Counted from the stretch's first letter, positions 51,888 through 61,553 are shown. The stretch: 64,000 bases of DNA from an uncultured Pseudomonadales bacterium (GCA_964457085.1 CAYWDM010000001.1:178914-242913), one strand, 5' to 3'. Notes: generated from the letters alone by a model not told the origin. Translations and numbers: made by a program.

Positions 51888-53652
51888 TAAATAATACTGT
51901 ACTGAACATACTGATCAGTCCGAGATAAAACAAGATTGGAAAGTAAAAGAAACTGACTGTATTACGACCTTGCTTTATTGGTGTACTAATCAAACCATTA
52001 TTAGTGATTGCCCTGTAGAAGTATTTGCCGTCATATACGAACCAGTAAGGACTAAAATTCTGATTAATAACCAGAATATCTTTACTACGAGAACTAAAAT
52101 CAAATTCAATTTTATTTACTGACCAATACTTTGGATATATTCTTCGTTTACTATTTTTTAAATAATGTTCACCAATATAATCACTCTCTGTTATGCATGA
52201 TGGGCTCGTAGTATAGTTTACTAATTCATAACAGCCTTCATTCACCCCGAGGTTTAAAACCACATTTACATATTCAGAGCTATACGATCCATAGTAATAT
52301 TCTTCACGAGTGCTTGCATTAATCCATCCTAGTTTGGCATACCTTTCTTTACTGCAAGTCTGTTTAAAGGTTGTGGGAGCTCGCGATAAATTTGGCATTG
52401 GAAAAAAAACATCATGCAGTAATACTTTTGTGTTGACTACAAGCAAGTCTGCTAGAATAATGAACAAAATTCCACCAACAATTACTTTCCTCATCAACTG
52501 TGATATCCGAGATTTTCTTAGAAATTTTTGCATCACCAAAAAACCATAACCAACAAAAAACGAAAAAATGAACATATAGAACCAATGGTATCTTTGAGCT
52601 ACTCTTATGTACTGCATAAGTGGTACCTTCTGAATAATTTGGTGAACACTGGGATACAAATTATCTCCAAAACTTGCAGCAAGAAATAGTAATAAAATAA
52701 ATACCAGGCTACGATATTTTCTTCCCTTTCTATATATCCCTATTAAAAAAAATACTACACATAAAATACCTACATACATGCCATTTTCATCAAGAAGGTA
52801 TGATCTGCCCTGACTAATCGTCATCTCCTCAGTTAACTGGTCAAACTTTTGAAACGTCTGAGCCCTGGAAAGTAAAGAATGCCAAAAGCTTTGTAATGAG
52901 TACCCTGACAAAAAATTTTGACCGGGAATAGTTGAGTGTAAGAAAACTGTCCTGATTGAGGGAAATAATTTTGGACCACTCAATAGTAGAAATAATACTA
53001 GCACCAGCAATGTGTATTTTGCTGCGGTTTGCAATTTCACCAAACCTAATGAAAAAAGTGCGTACATAGCTAGAAACAGTAATGTCATACCAACATAATG
53101 AAAGCCTGCAAAAAACTGCAGTGTCACGAAAATTGCAGTCAATAGAGCAAACTTAAAACTGCTCTCTCGAAAAGCCCTAGTAAAAAAAAGGAAAATATAT
53201 GGCAGGTAGCTCAGTGCCAAAAAGTTTGTCATGCCAGCCGCATAAGGCAACAAAAAATGTCCAGAAAATAAATATGAAATAGCCATCGCAAACGTCGCTT
53301 CAACAGTTAGTTTAAAATATCTGCCTAAAATAAAAAAACCATAAAAACCGATTAGTAATTTAATTCCAATTGCAACTTTATATCCGTCCATTGCTCCAAA
53401 CATTAAAATACAAACTGAATTTAATGAAAATATTTCATTTTCAGGAAAACCTATAAGTTCTGTACCACCGCAATGATATGGATTCCAAAATGGAAATTGA
53501 TTGAATTCTAAGATACTTTTTCTGATCACTTCGCCAAAAGCCAAATGCTGATCCCAATCCAGGTTTCCTGAATCAGAGGTAAAAAAAATCAAAAACAATG
53601 AAATAGTTACTGAAATTATACATGCGAAAATAAAATATAATAAAGAGTTCAT
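51814..53652 (-). CDS. YfhO-like / GT-C type membrane protein
   Basis: FPFWNPYHCGG, many TM segments, C-terminal LVINQNF..YW...G; AT-rich coding sequence. Confidence 0.7.
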   Translation of the reverse strand: MNSLLYFIFACIISVTISLFLIFFTSDSGNLDWDQHLAFGEVIRKSILEFNQFPFWNPYHCGGTELIGFPENEIFSLNSVCILMFGAMDGYKVAIGIKLLIGFYGFFILGRYFKLTVEATFAMAISYLFSGHFLLPYAAGMTNFLALSYLPYIFLFFTRAFRESSFKFALLTAIFVTLQFFAGFHYVGMTLLFLAMYALFSLGLVKLQTAAKYTLLVLVLFLLLSGPKLFPSIRTVFLHSTIPGQNFLSGYSLQSFWHSLLSRAQTFQKFDQLTEEMTISQGRSYLLDENGMYVGILCVVFFLIGIYRKGRKYRSLVFILLLFLAASFGDNLYPSVHQIIQKVPLMQYIRVAQRYHWFYMFIFSFFVGYGFLVMQKFLRKSRISQLMRKVIVGGILFIILADLLVVNTKVLLHDVFFPMPNLSRAPTTFKQTCSKERYAKLGWINASTREEYYYGSYSSEYVNVVLNLGVNEGCYELVNYTTSPSCITESDYIGEHYLKNSKRRIYPKYWSVNKIEFDFSSRSKDILVINQNFSPYWFVYDGKYFYRAITNNGLISTPIKQGRNTVSFFYFPILFYLGLISMFSTVLFIMRRQLVDLLHFFVERMQLIIQPK

Positions 53653-54191
53653 TTTATTTGTCGATTCAACTCAGATTTATTAATTTCTGCATCAACATTT
53701 CTCACCACCTCGCTATTATTAATCCAACCAAAATCAAAAGACTTAAGCAGTACCGGTTCACGGTAGCCCATGAGTGTATATCTACCATCAAAGCCAAAAT
53801 ATAATTCTTGGTAACTGACCACCAAATCTCTGACGGAGCTATATATAGGTTGTCGACCTTTTAATCCTAGATATTTGCTCTGAGCGATTGAGCCGTAATA
53901 ACCGTTTTCTTTAAAAAGACACAAAATATGTTCCTCATCCCCACCGCGAGCTTCAAGTTTTATCAACGAAGGCTCATATCCAGCCACCAGCAAACAGGTT
54001 GCTGTCAATAACGCACCATTAAAACATTCTGCCTGTCCATCATGTAAGACTTCAGTGACACTTCGATCTTCACGATTGGGGTCATAGATAATTTCTTGAT
54101 CAATAAACAATTGGATCTCGTTTGGGGTATCCAATTTTGAAATTATTTCTGCGTTTGCTGCTGATAGAAGTTGTAAGCAATGGTGTGACAT
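53649..54191 (-). CDS. Transglutaminase-like (Cys-His) hypothetical protein
   Basis: L.TP..IQ.F, AECFNGALL, EEHIL.LF, YGSIAQS...GL.GR.P. Confidence 0.6.
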   Translation of the reverse strand: MSHHCLQLLSAANAEIISKLDTPNEIQLFIDQEIIYDPNREDRSVTEVLHDGQAECFNGALLTATCLLVAGYEPSLIKLEARGGDEEHILCLFKENGYYGSIAQSKYLGLKGRQPIYSSVRDLVVSYQELYFGFDGRYTLMGYREPVLLKSFDFGWINNSEVVRNVDAEINKSELNRQIK

Positions 54192-54218
54192 CTTGAAAAG
54201 AATTATATACTGCAGTTA

Positions 54219-54440
54219 ATGAAAATTACTGCCATTGTCCATCCGAACTCCAAACGACCTCATATCGAAACAATGACTGATGGAGTACTCCAAGTGTATC
54301 TTAAATCTCCAGCAATAGAGAACAAAGCCAACGTTGAATTAATCACAGCCATCGCCAAGCATTTGCACGTTCACAAATCAGCAGTGATTATGCTTCAAGG
54401 TTCAAAGTCAAAACAGAAACTGATAGAAGTACTGGTTTAA
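54219..54440 (+). CDS. DUF167 (YggU) family protein
   Basis: V.PNSK, PAIENKAN.EL, G.KSK.K. Confidence 0.88.
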   Translation: MKITAIVHPNSKRPHIETMTDGVLQVYLKSPAIENKANVELITAIAKHLHVHKSAVIMLQGSKSKQKLIEVLV

Positions 54441-55624
54441 GTTTGTGGTGCCAAATACTTCACTAATACTTGTTTCAAGCTATTTAAGTCATTCAAGTAC
54501 GCAAATTCATTAGAGCTGTGCATTCCAGTATCTCCACGAGCAACTCCAATTCCAAAATGAGGAAGTTCTAATTCCTTGCACCACTGAGCAGCATGAGTTG
54601 AGCCCAAAACACCATATACGCCACTTTCACCAGTCAGTTCGAAATACAACCCATTTAACAAATCAACTTCTGGATGTGTAGTAGCGTATGATTCACAAAA
54701 TGACTTTTCAGTTAATTTAATTTGTATTTTTTCTTTTTTACAAAAATCCTCCAGCCTTGCCTTAATACCCATAACTTCTGTAGCCACATCTGACTCAGGA
54801 ATAAATCTGAAATCTACGATAAAACTGCAATTGTCTGGAACTACGTTAGCTGCGACGCCCCCATGAATTTGATTAATATTCGCCCGCGAACAAATATGGT
54901 CGACGCCTGTCCCGGGAAAAGATTTGAATTGGGATGCTTGAGATTCTAATCTTGGTTTTTCGGTTTTCTTCAGAAAATCAATAATACTTGCAGCTTGTTC
55001 CACTGCATTCACGCCCATGTGACTGACTCCGGAATGCACCGACTTACCTTCGACTATAATTTCCAACTGATACAAACCAAGTGTTGCGACAGAAACCCCA
55101 CCCGCCATAGTGTCTGGGTCGAAAACTAGAGTATTCTTTGGTAAATGTAGTTTTTTTGCTAAAAATCTCAGCTGCTCCAGTTGTCCAGTCTCTTCATCGG
55201 TAGTTGCAATAAAAACAACATTAAACCGCAACTGTGTGGATTGCAGTTGTTCCAATGCAGCCAACACTGCCACCGTCGAACCTTTGTGGTCACAAGCTCC
55301 GCGGGCAAATATTTTTCCATCTTTTATAGTTGGGACAAAAGCATTTTTATATGTAGCTGGCACTACGTCGATATGGTTATAGATCAACAAGGTTGGCAAC
55401 TTGTTTGAGGTGAACCGACGTGCAATTAAATGCTGTCGATTCTGGCCACCGGCCACCGACACTGGAATATCTACAACTTCAGTCTCAAAACCAATCTGAA
55501 GTAGAAACAACTTCAATAACGACACTGCGTGCGGATAATTATGTCCATCCGCAGCTGAAGTATCTAGGCTGAGATACTCTATGAGCAATTTTTCTAATCG
55601 AGTTGATAACTGCAGGTTGTGCAT
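54437..55624 (-). CDS. M20 family metallopeptidase (DapE/ArgE-like)
   Basis: NHIDVVP, ARGACDHKG, DEETG, GKSVH, NVVPD, HSSNE. Confidence 0.9.
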   Translation of the reverse strand: MHNLQLSTRLEKLLIEYLSLDTSAADGHNYPHAVSLLKLFLLQIGFETEVVDIPVSVAGGQNRQHLIARRFTSNKLPTLLIYNHIDVVPATYKNAFVPTIKDGKIFARGACDHKGSTVAVLAALEQLQSTQLRFNVVFIATTDEETGQLEQLRFLAKKLHLPKNTLVFDPDTMAGGVSVATLGLYQLEIIVEGKSVHSGVSHMGVNAVEQAASIIDFLKKTEKPRLESQASQFKSFPGTGVDHICSRANINQIHGGVAANVVPDNCSFIVDFRFIPESDVATEVMGIKARLEDFCKKEKIQIKLTEKSFCESYATTHPEVDLLNGLYFELTGESGVYGVLGSTHAAQWCKELELPHFGIGVARGDTGMHSSNEFAYLNDLNSLKQVLVKYLAPQT

Positions 55625-55722
55625 AACACTATTTTACGCCACCTAAACCAAACTCGTTCTCACGAATTTCTCAATGTGAATCCATACACTAAGCACAGTA
55701 GTAATTAAACAGAAAGGATTTT

Positions 55723-56262
55723 ATGAAAAAGTCTCTTTTATTACCTATCATCGCATTGGTGATTGGTGCCAGCAGTTTTTATGCAGTTTCGCAAGTCAGT
55801 GCCACTGGCCAAACAAATTGGCACAGCACACTTATTAAATGACTTGCCACTACCTTCGGCAAAAATGAAACTGAAGTAGAAGCTGTCTTTGAGCAAGTTC
55901 AGAACGATCAAAAGACTGAAATGACCGCAAACTTTTCAACTAGACTTGATGAGTTAGTCACTGCCGGAAAAATTACTGCAGAGCAAAAACAGCTAATCAT
56001 CAACAAACAAGCTGAGCTGCAAAAACAGCGAGAAACCAATCGCGATCAATCTACAGGTAAAACTGATGCTGAACGTAAAACCGCGATGGAAACTGAGCGA
56101 GCTGAACTCGAAGCTTGGGCCAAAACAAATAATATAGACCTCACCGTTGTTGGCATGGAATTTGGAGGCCGAGGAGGTAAAGGCATGAGAGGTGAGGGCA
56201 AAGGTCAATTTCCTATGGGCGGTGGCCCAGGTGGAGAAATGCCTGATAACCAAAAAAATTAA
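55723..56262 (+). pseudogene. Secreted helical protein interrupted by an in-frame TGA at codon 40
   Basis: SD AGAAAGGA, ATG 55723, signal peptide MKKSLLLPIIALVIG...; TGA at 55840-55842; the frame continues into ORF 55921..56262. Confidence 0.7.
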
Positions 56263-56299
56263 CCATAAGATACCTACCGCTGGACTAGCCTAAAGTATC

Positions 56300-56328
56300 A
56301 AAACTCCGAGCCATCGCTCGGAGTTTTT
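56300..56328. terminator. Bidirectional intrinsic terminator
   Basis: AAAACTCCGAGC-catc-GCTCGGAGTTTT between convergent genes. Confidence 0.75.
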
Positions 56329-56352
56329 GGGTCGGTGCTACATCACAACTTT

Positions 56353-56658
56353 TTAAAATGGCATCTCATTGGTGTCATCATCATCTTCATCGTCACTGGA
56401 ATCATCCAGAGAGCTTGGTTCTTCAGTTTTGGTCAGCCGATCATCAGCTTGAAACTCTGCTTGAATTTCTTTGATCTCGTTTTCCATTACTGCCAACTTT
56501 CCTTTTACCAATTTAGCCAACTCCAAACCTCGCTTAAACTTTGGCATGCTTTCTTCTAAATCAAGCTCTTCATTTTCAAATGCACTCACAATTTTTTCCA
56601 ATTCTGAAAATGCAGCACTTATTTTTAATTCGTCGGTTGGTTTTTTAGAGGTCGTCAT
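56353..56658 (-). CDS. xseB: Exodeoxyribonuclease VII small subunit
   Basis: ELEKIV..FE..ELDLEES...F..G..L; follows xseA; acidic tail. Confidence 0.9.
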   Translation of the reverse strand: MTTSKKPTDELKISAAFSELEKIVSAFENEELDLEESMPKFKRGLELAKLVKGKLAVMENEIKEIQAEFQADDRLTKTEEPSSLDDSSDDEDDDDTNEMPF

Positions 56659-57959
56659 GCTTGCCTTTCTGTGGCTGATTTATTTGAGCTCGGTGAAACG
56701 CTGATCACCGAGCTAGTAATTGATCCTTGATGCAGATTTGTAATTAGTGATTCACCAGCCAATAGTTCGTTGAGGTTACGAATTACTTTACCGTTTTTTG
56801 TGGTGGTAATGCTGTAGCCACGAGCTAAAACTTTTTGATAATCTAGTGATTCGAGCAAGCGCAGTAAACTCTGTAATTTTTCTTGCTGAGCATGAACTTG
56901 ATTGTTGGCAGCCAGCTGTAATCGACTAAAGTGATAACTGCTAGTGCGTTTGAGCGATGATAACCGTTCACCAACACTACCAATCTGTTGTGTTAATCTT
57001 CGATATAAGACTTCCACACGATGGATGCTGGGCAACAAACAACTGCTTAAGCTACGTGCATATTCAGCTACTAATTGTTGATTGTCATTCAATCGATTTG
57101 TCAAAGTGTGAATCAATGTCTGTTCAAGATTGCGCAGTCTGGCAGCCAATTCAACTCGACTCGGCACTAATAATTCCGCAGCATTGGATGGGGTAGAGGC
57201 TCGCAGATCTGCCACAAAGTCAGTTAAGGCTACATCTTCCTCATGGCCTATAGCACTGACCACCGGGATTTTACTACTGAAAATCGCTCTCGCAACTTGT
57301 TCGTCATTAAAACTGAGTAGATCTTCCAGTGATCCACCACCTCGCGTTAACACCAACACTTCTGGAGGTTTTACTAAATTATTAAAGTAACTCAACGCTT
57401 GCAACACACTCGCTACAGATTCTCGACCCTGCACTTGCACTGGATAAAACTCAATCGTTAAACCACCTAAGCGTTCACCAATCACTTTCAAAAAATCACT
57501 ATACGCTCGAGCTCCTTTAGCGGTAATTAACCCAATTCGAGTCGGCAAATAGGGAATCGGTCGTTTACGTGCTGGGTCAAACAATCCTTCTGTTGAAAGC
57601 TTAGCCTTCAACCGCTCATAAGCCATACGCAACGCACCCTCACCAGCAGGGACTATCCTGTATGCATTCAAACTAAATCTGCCCGTTTTCTCATACAATC
57701 CTGCTTTGCCATACACCTGCACTTTCATGCCCTCAGCAAGTGCTGAGGCCGACGTAATTCGAAACACTGGTGCAAACACACTTACTGCAGCACCAGCATC
57801 TTTGAGTGTTAAAAACAGCCACTTCCCCTGACTAATCTGCATCTGGCTAATCTCACCCTCAACAATAAACTCTCCAAGGTCTGCCAAACTAGTACTAATT
57901 AATTTAGCAAAAACACTGACCGGCAACACTTGTGGGGTATCAAACAACAGTTCACTCAT
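56655..57959 (-). CDS. xseA: Exodeoxyribonuclease VII large subunit
   Basis: VEGEIS, EGLFD, VQG, RGGGSLEDL..FNDE, GHEED, TPSNAAE, L.RGYS. Confidence 0.96.
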   Translation of the reverse strand: MSELLFDTPQVLPVSVFAKLISTSLADLGEFIVEGEISQMQISQGKWLFLTLKDAGAAVSVFAPVFRITSASALAEGMKVQVYGKAGLYEKTGRFSLNAYRIVPAGEGALRMAYERLKAKLSTEGLFDPARKRPIPYLPTRIGLITAKGARAYSDFLKVIGERLGGLTIEFYPVQVQGRESVASVLQALSYFNNLVKPPEVLVLTRGGGSLEDLLSFNDEQVARAIFSSKIPVVSAIGHEEDVALTDFVADLRASTPSNAAELLVPSRVELAARLRNLEQTLIHTLTNRLNDNQQLVAEYARSLSSCLLPSIHRVEVLYRRLTQQIGSVGERLSSLKRTSSYHFSRLQLAANNQVHAQQEKLQSLLRLLESLDYQKVLARGYSITTTKNGKVIRNLNELLAGESLITNLHQGSITSSVISVSPSSNKSATERQA

Positions 57960-58099
57960 GTGGGCTTTAGCATATCATTTGACACTGCTACATCCGACGG
58001 GGAAAATTGTTAAATTGTGTTTCTTGATTTCCCGATCTGCCACTTGCAATTGCACCGGTCTGATCGGGTATAATCAGCGTCGTGCTTCATGCACAAAAT

Positions 58100-58174
58100 G
58101 GCGCGGTACCAGAGTGGCCTAATGGCGAGGTCTGCAAAACCTTCGATTCGTGGGTTCAAATCCCACCCGCGCCT
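58100..58174 (+). tRNA. tRNA-Cys(GCA)
   Basis: GGCGCGG...CCGCGCC-T, anticodon loop CTGCAAA, T-arm GTGGG-TTCAAAT-CCCAC. Confidence 0.95.
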
Positions 58175-58349
58175 CATAAAACAAAATAGCCCACAGAATG
58201 TGGGTTATTTTGTTTTATAAAGGATGTGGGATGTCTAGTGCCCGCCAAGTGACAGAACTCACATGGCAAACACTCTTGGGGTGTGCCCAATCAAGCGAAA
58301 ACTAATATTCAATTAAAATCATGAGCGTGAATAGGTGAATCCCACCCGC
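58175..58349 (+). repeat. tRNA-Cys downstream unit (hairpin, core, tRNA 3' copy)
   Basis: Hairpin at 58176-58218; AATCCCACCCGC at 58338-58349 copies 58159-58170; core shared with tRNA-Lys unit 2. Confidence 0.85.
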
Positions 58350-58355
58350 CAAATT

Positions 58356-59036
58356 CTATCCACTCATCCTAGAGTGTCCCAAGAACATCTGTTTTACTTC
58401 TGTAAACATGCCGTTATCACCTTTGATAAAATATTCAGCTGTTTTGTAAATCTTTACTCCAGTCTTAGCAACAGTTGGTGCCACAAATCCGATCATTGAA
58501 ATTAAACCGATGAGACGGTGAATAATTAACGCAATCATGGCAATCTGCCCAAGCAATGTATCGGGATTTGTTCCAAAAGCAAACTCACTGCACCCAGTCA
58601 GAAAACCTTGGGCTCCAACACAACTCGTCAACTCTAAAAAAGTTGCTTGCATGTTTGCGTTTGATGCACGCAGCAACAACCAAATCTTCCATTTCAATTC
58701 AGTACTCATTTTTTCATCAATGAGCAGTTTTTCATTGATTTTGCTCGAAGCATCACCATGGATAACACCAAATAAAGTACTTAAAACAAGCTGCACCGAT
58801 TCTTGTGGCCCGCTTACCAAGTAGTTCATTACTGTTGCAGTAGATGCATCAGTAAGTACAGTAAGCACTCGAGCAACTGCAACCTCAGTGGTAGAAAGCG
58901 ATACCTCTAGATTTTCGTGGTGGTTGCCATGATCATCAATAGTGATAGTTTTTACTTCGCGCACAATACCACTATAGCGGAACCCAACAACATTACCAAG
59001 GCTTTTTTGGTACAATTGCAGCCACGAATCAACCAA
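58356..59036 (-). CDS. Hypothetical membrane protein (start uncertain)
   Basis: 226-aa ORF with C-terminal hydrophobic segments; ends next to the tRNA-Cys unit. Confidence 0.45.
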   Translation of the reverse strand: MVDSWLQLYQKSLGNVVGFRYSGIVREVKTITIDDHGNHHENLEVSLSTTEVAVARVLTVLTDASTATVMNYLVSGPQESVQLVLSTLFGVIHGDASSKINEKLLIDEKMSTELKWKIWLLLRASNANMQATFLELTSCVGAQGFLTGCSEFAFGTNPDTLLGQIAMIALIIHRLIGLISMIGFVAPTVAKTGVKIYKTAEYFIKGDNGMFTEVKQMFLGHSRMSG

Positions 59037-59040
59037 AATA

Positions 59041-60192
59041 ATGCCTAGTTATTTCATACATACTTTCGGCTGCCAAGCAAATAAAAGCGACAGTGAGCGC
59101 ATCGCCGGTGATTATCATGCTCGTGGATATACTGAAGCTAAAAACTGGCAAAGCTGTGACGATTTGGTGGTAAATACTTGTGCTATCCGAAAAAGTGCCG
59201 AAGACCGTGCTCGGGCTTTTTTGCACAAAGTGGTGCTGTACTGTAATGAAGTGGGAAAGAGACGACCAAAAATAATTTTTACTGGCTGTATGCTGCACTA
59301 TGGTCAAGCAAGGATCAGAGAAATGCTGCCAATGGTCGATGAGATTTTGCCAGTTAACGAAGTTGGCTTTAATATTAGTGCCATTCGCACCGATAAACAC
59401 CATGCTTGGGTACCAATTTCTCAGGGCTGCAACTCATACTGCACTTACTGCATCGTGCCATATTCTCGAGGTCGTGAAAAATCTCGCGGTCGTGAGGAAA
59501 TTTTGGCAGAAGTTGCAAAACTCGCTGAAGAAGGCTATAGCGAAATCACCTTAATTGGTCAGAATGTTAATTCCTGGGGCTTGGAAAAAATGGGTATCAG
59601 TTTTCGTAAAATGTTGATGGATAATGAAAAGTTCACTCGCGAAGATTTGCCAACTAATCAATCTCAATACCTCAAACCAACGGGCACACCTCCCTTTGTG
59701 GAGCTCTTACAAGCTATTAGCACTTTTCCAGAAATCAAGAAAATTAGATTTTTAAGTAGTAATCCGTGGGATTTCCACGATGAGTTAATCGCAGAAATTG
59801 GTCGTAACAAGAAAATTGATCGCTATGTGCATTTACCCATCCAAAGTGGCAGCAACAGCGTGCTGCATCGAATGAATCGGGGATACACTGCCGAAAGTTA
59901 CCTTGAAATTGTTGATAAACTCAGAGCCGTAGATCCAGAAATCGTGATTGGAACCGATATTGTGGTTGGCTTTGGTGGGGAAACAGACGAAGAATTCCAA
60001 GAAACCGTTGATGTAGCTTTAAAAGCAAAATGGAATCTAGGGTTTGTGGCCATGTATTCTCCAAGAGCAGGGACTGCCTCCTGGAAACTCTACCCTGATA
60101 ACATCCCATACAAAGTCAAGAAGCACCGATGGGAAATACTCGACCAAATTATCAATAAAGATAATTTATCGATTCGAGCAAAAGTTGTCTAA
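59041..60192 (+). CDS. miaB: MiaB-like radical SAM methylthiotransferase lacking a TRAM domain
   Basis: HTFGCQAN, VNTC, TGC (UPF0004), CNSYCTYC, HLPIQSGS, TDIVVGF; located near miaA. Confidence 0.85.
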   Translation: MPSYFIHTFGCQANKSDSERIAGDYHARGYTEAKNWQSCDDLVVNTCAIRKSAEDRARAFLHKVVLYCNEVGKRRPKIIFTGCMLHYGQARIREMLPMVDEILPVNEVGFNISAIRTDKHHAWVPISQGCNSYCTYCIVPYSRGREKSRGREEILAEVAKLAEEGYSEITLIGQNVNSWGLEKMGISFRKMLMDNEKFTREDLPTNQSQYLKPTGTPPFVELLQAISTFPEIKKIRFLSSNPWDFHDELIAEIGRNKKIDRYVHLPIQSGSNSVLHRMNRGYTAESYLEIVDKLRAVDPEIVIGTDIVVGFGGETDEEFQETVDVALKAKWNLGFVAMYSPRAGTASWKLYPDNIPYKVKKHRWEILDQIINKDNLSIRAKVV

Positions 60193-60213
60193 CTAACTCC
60201 ATTCAACAAAAAA

Positions 60214-60477
60214 TTATTTGTCGCCGTCTTTACAGCAACAGCCACCATTGCCACCGCAACAGCCATCTTCTTCTTCCTCATCAGTCAAGACTTCTTCTCG
60301 TGTGCCATCCTCATCATATTGATACAAGTTGGTCACATCCTCAGTCAGAGTTTTTTTATGTGATTGATCACAGTAAGGAAAATTTTTACTCAAACCGCAA
60401 GTGCAGATATCCTTATCGCCATCTACTGCTTTAAATTTTACTGGGCCAGTGCCTGATAAGATTACTATTCTCGACAT
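60214..60477 (-). CDS. CDGSH-type iron-sulfur protein
   Basis: ICTCGLSKNFPYCDQSH; Cys-rich tail GCCGGNGGCCC. Confidence 0.85.
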   Translation of the reverse strand: MSRIVILSGTGPVKFKAVDGDKDICTCGLSKNFPYCDQSHKKTLTEDVTNLYQYDEDGTREEVLTDEEEEDGCCGGNGGCCCKDGDK

Positions 60478-60507
60478 AATGTACCTCCGATATAATACCA
60501 ATACCTG

Positions 60508-61536
60508 ATGGCATTATCTCACACTCCTACTAAACCACTGGTGATCGCAATTGTCGGCACTACAGCAAGTGGCAAAACCGCACTTGCAACTACATTAGCG
60601 ACTGAACTGGCTGCTCGATTTCCAGATAGTTTTTCGGGGTTTGATTTCATAAGTGCTGATTCTAGACAGGTGTATCAAGGTCTCGAAATTACCACTGGTG
60701 CTGAAATTCCAGCTACCTGCACTCAAAAAAGTGATGCTAACTTTTCGTACACATTTTTTGAACAACAACTAACTGAAACCACATCTCTGAGATGGCATGG
60801 GCTTGGCATTATTCCGCCCACTGCGTCGTGGTCAGTGGCTGAGTTCACTGTTTTAGCCCAAGAAGTCATCCCACAAGCAACCGCCCAGAAAAGACTGGTG
60901 TTTGTGATCGGTGGCACTGGTCTCTATCAGCAAGCAGTTAGTAGCACATCGCTTCAAGATGTATTTATCAAACCAAATCTTGAAATTAGAGCTAAAGCAG
61001 AAAAACTCACTGTTTCTGAACTGCAGCAGTGGCTCAACTCAATTAGTCCTGAGACTCTCACTGGTCTAAACCAATCAGACTGTCTTAACCCAAGAAGACT
61101 CATTCGCCATATAGAAAAAATTGAGTCCAAAAAAAATCAACCAACGACTATCAAACCAACGCAACCACTCGGATACGAACTACATACATTTGGAATCACA
61201 CAGTCTGAACTAGACATACTAGCCGAGAAAATTTTAAAGCGCGTGCGACAAAGAATAGAGCTTGGGGCTCTACAAGAAGTTGGAGAACTTGACTTTACAA
61301 AACTTGATGCTCAAGCTCGGACCACTCTTGGCCTACGCGAAATTAAAGGTTTTCTGGAAAGCCAATATGACCTACATGCACTCGAGCAAATCTGGACACT
61401 ACACGAAAAACAATACGCCAAACGCCAACTTACTTGGTGGAAAAAACAACCAAATATCCAGTGGCTCAACGCTGTAGCAGCAAAAAATATTGATGGACTT
61501 GTCAACCAAATTGTCGAGATGACAGGAGTGACTTAA
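60508..61536 (+). CDS. miaA: tRNA dimethylallyltransferase
   Basis: GTTASGKT, SADSRQVY.GL, GGTGLY, NPRRLIR, QYAKRQLTW. Confidence 0.93.
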   Translation: MALSHTPTKPLVIAIVGTTASGKTALATTLATELAARFPDSFSGFDFISADSRQVYQGLEITTGAEIPATCTQKSDANFSYTFFEQQLTETTSLRWHGLGIIPPTASWSVAEFTVLAQEVIPQATAQKRLVFVIGGTGLYQQAVSSTSLQDVFIKPNLEIRAKAEKLTVSELQQWLNSISPETLTGLNQSDCLNPRRLIRHIEKIESKKNQPTTIKPTQPLGYELHTFGITQSELDILAEKILKRVRQRIELGALQEVGELDFTKLDAQARTTLGLREIKGFLESQYDLHALEQIWTLHEKQYAKRQLTWWKKQPNIQWLNAVAAKNIDGLVNQIVEMTGVT

Positions 61537-61553
61537 ACCTTTATACTCAAGAT

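Noticed and set aside
47329-53652. Prophage or classical integrative island at tRNA-Glu
   Set aside because: No integrase, terminase, capsid or conjugation genes; only the short repeat units and orphan or accessory genes.
55840-55842. Genetic code 25 (UGA=Gly) or selenocysteine
   Set aside because: Several conserved genes end at TGA at the expected position, long genes have no internal TGA, and the context is not a Cys/redox motif.
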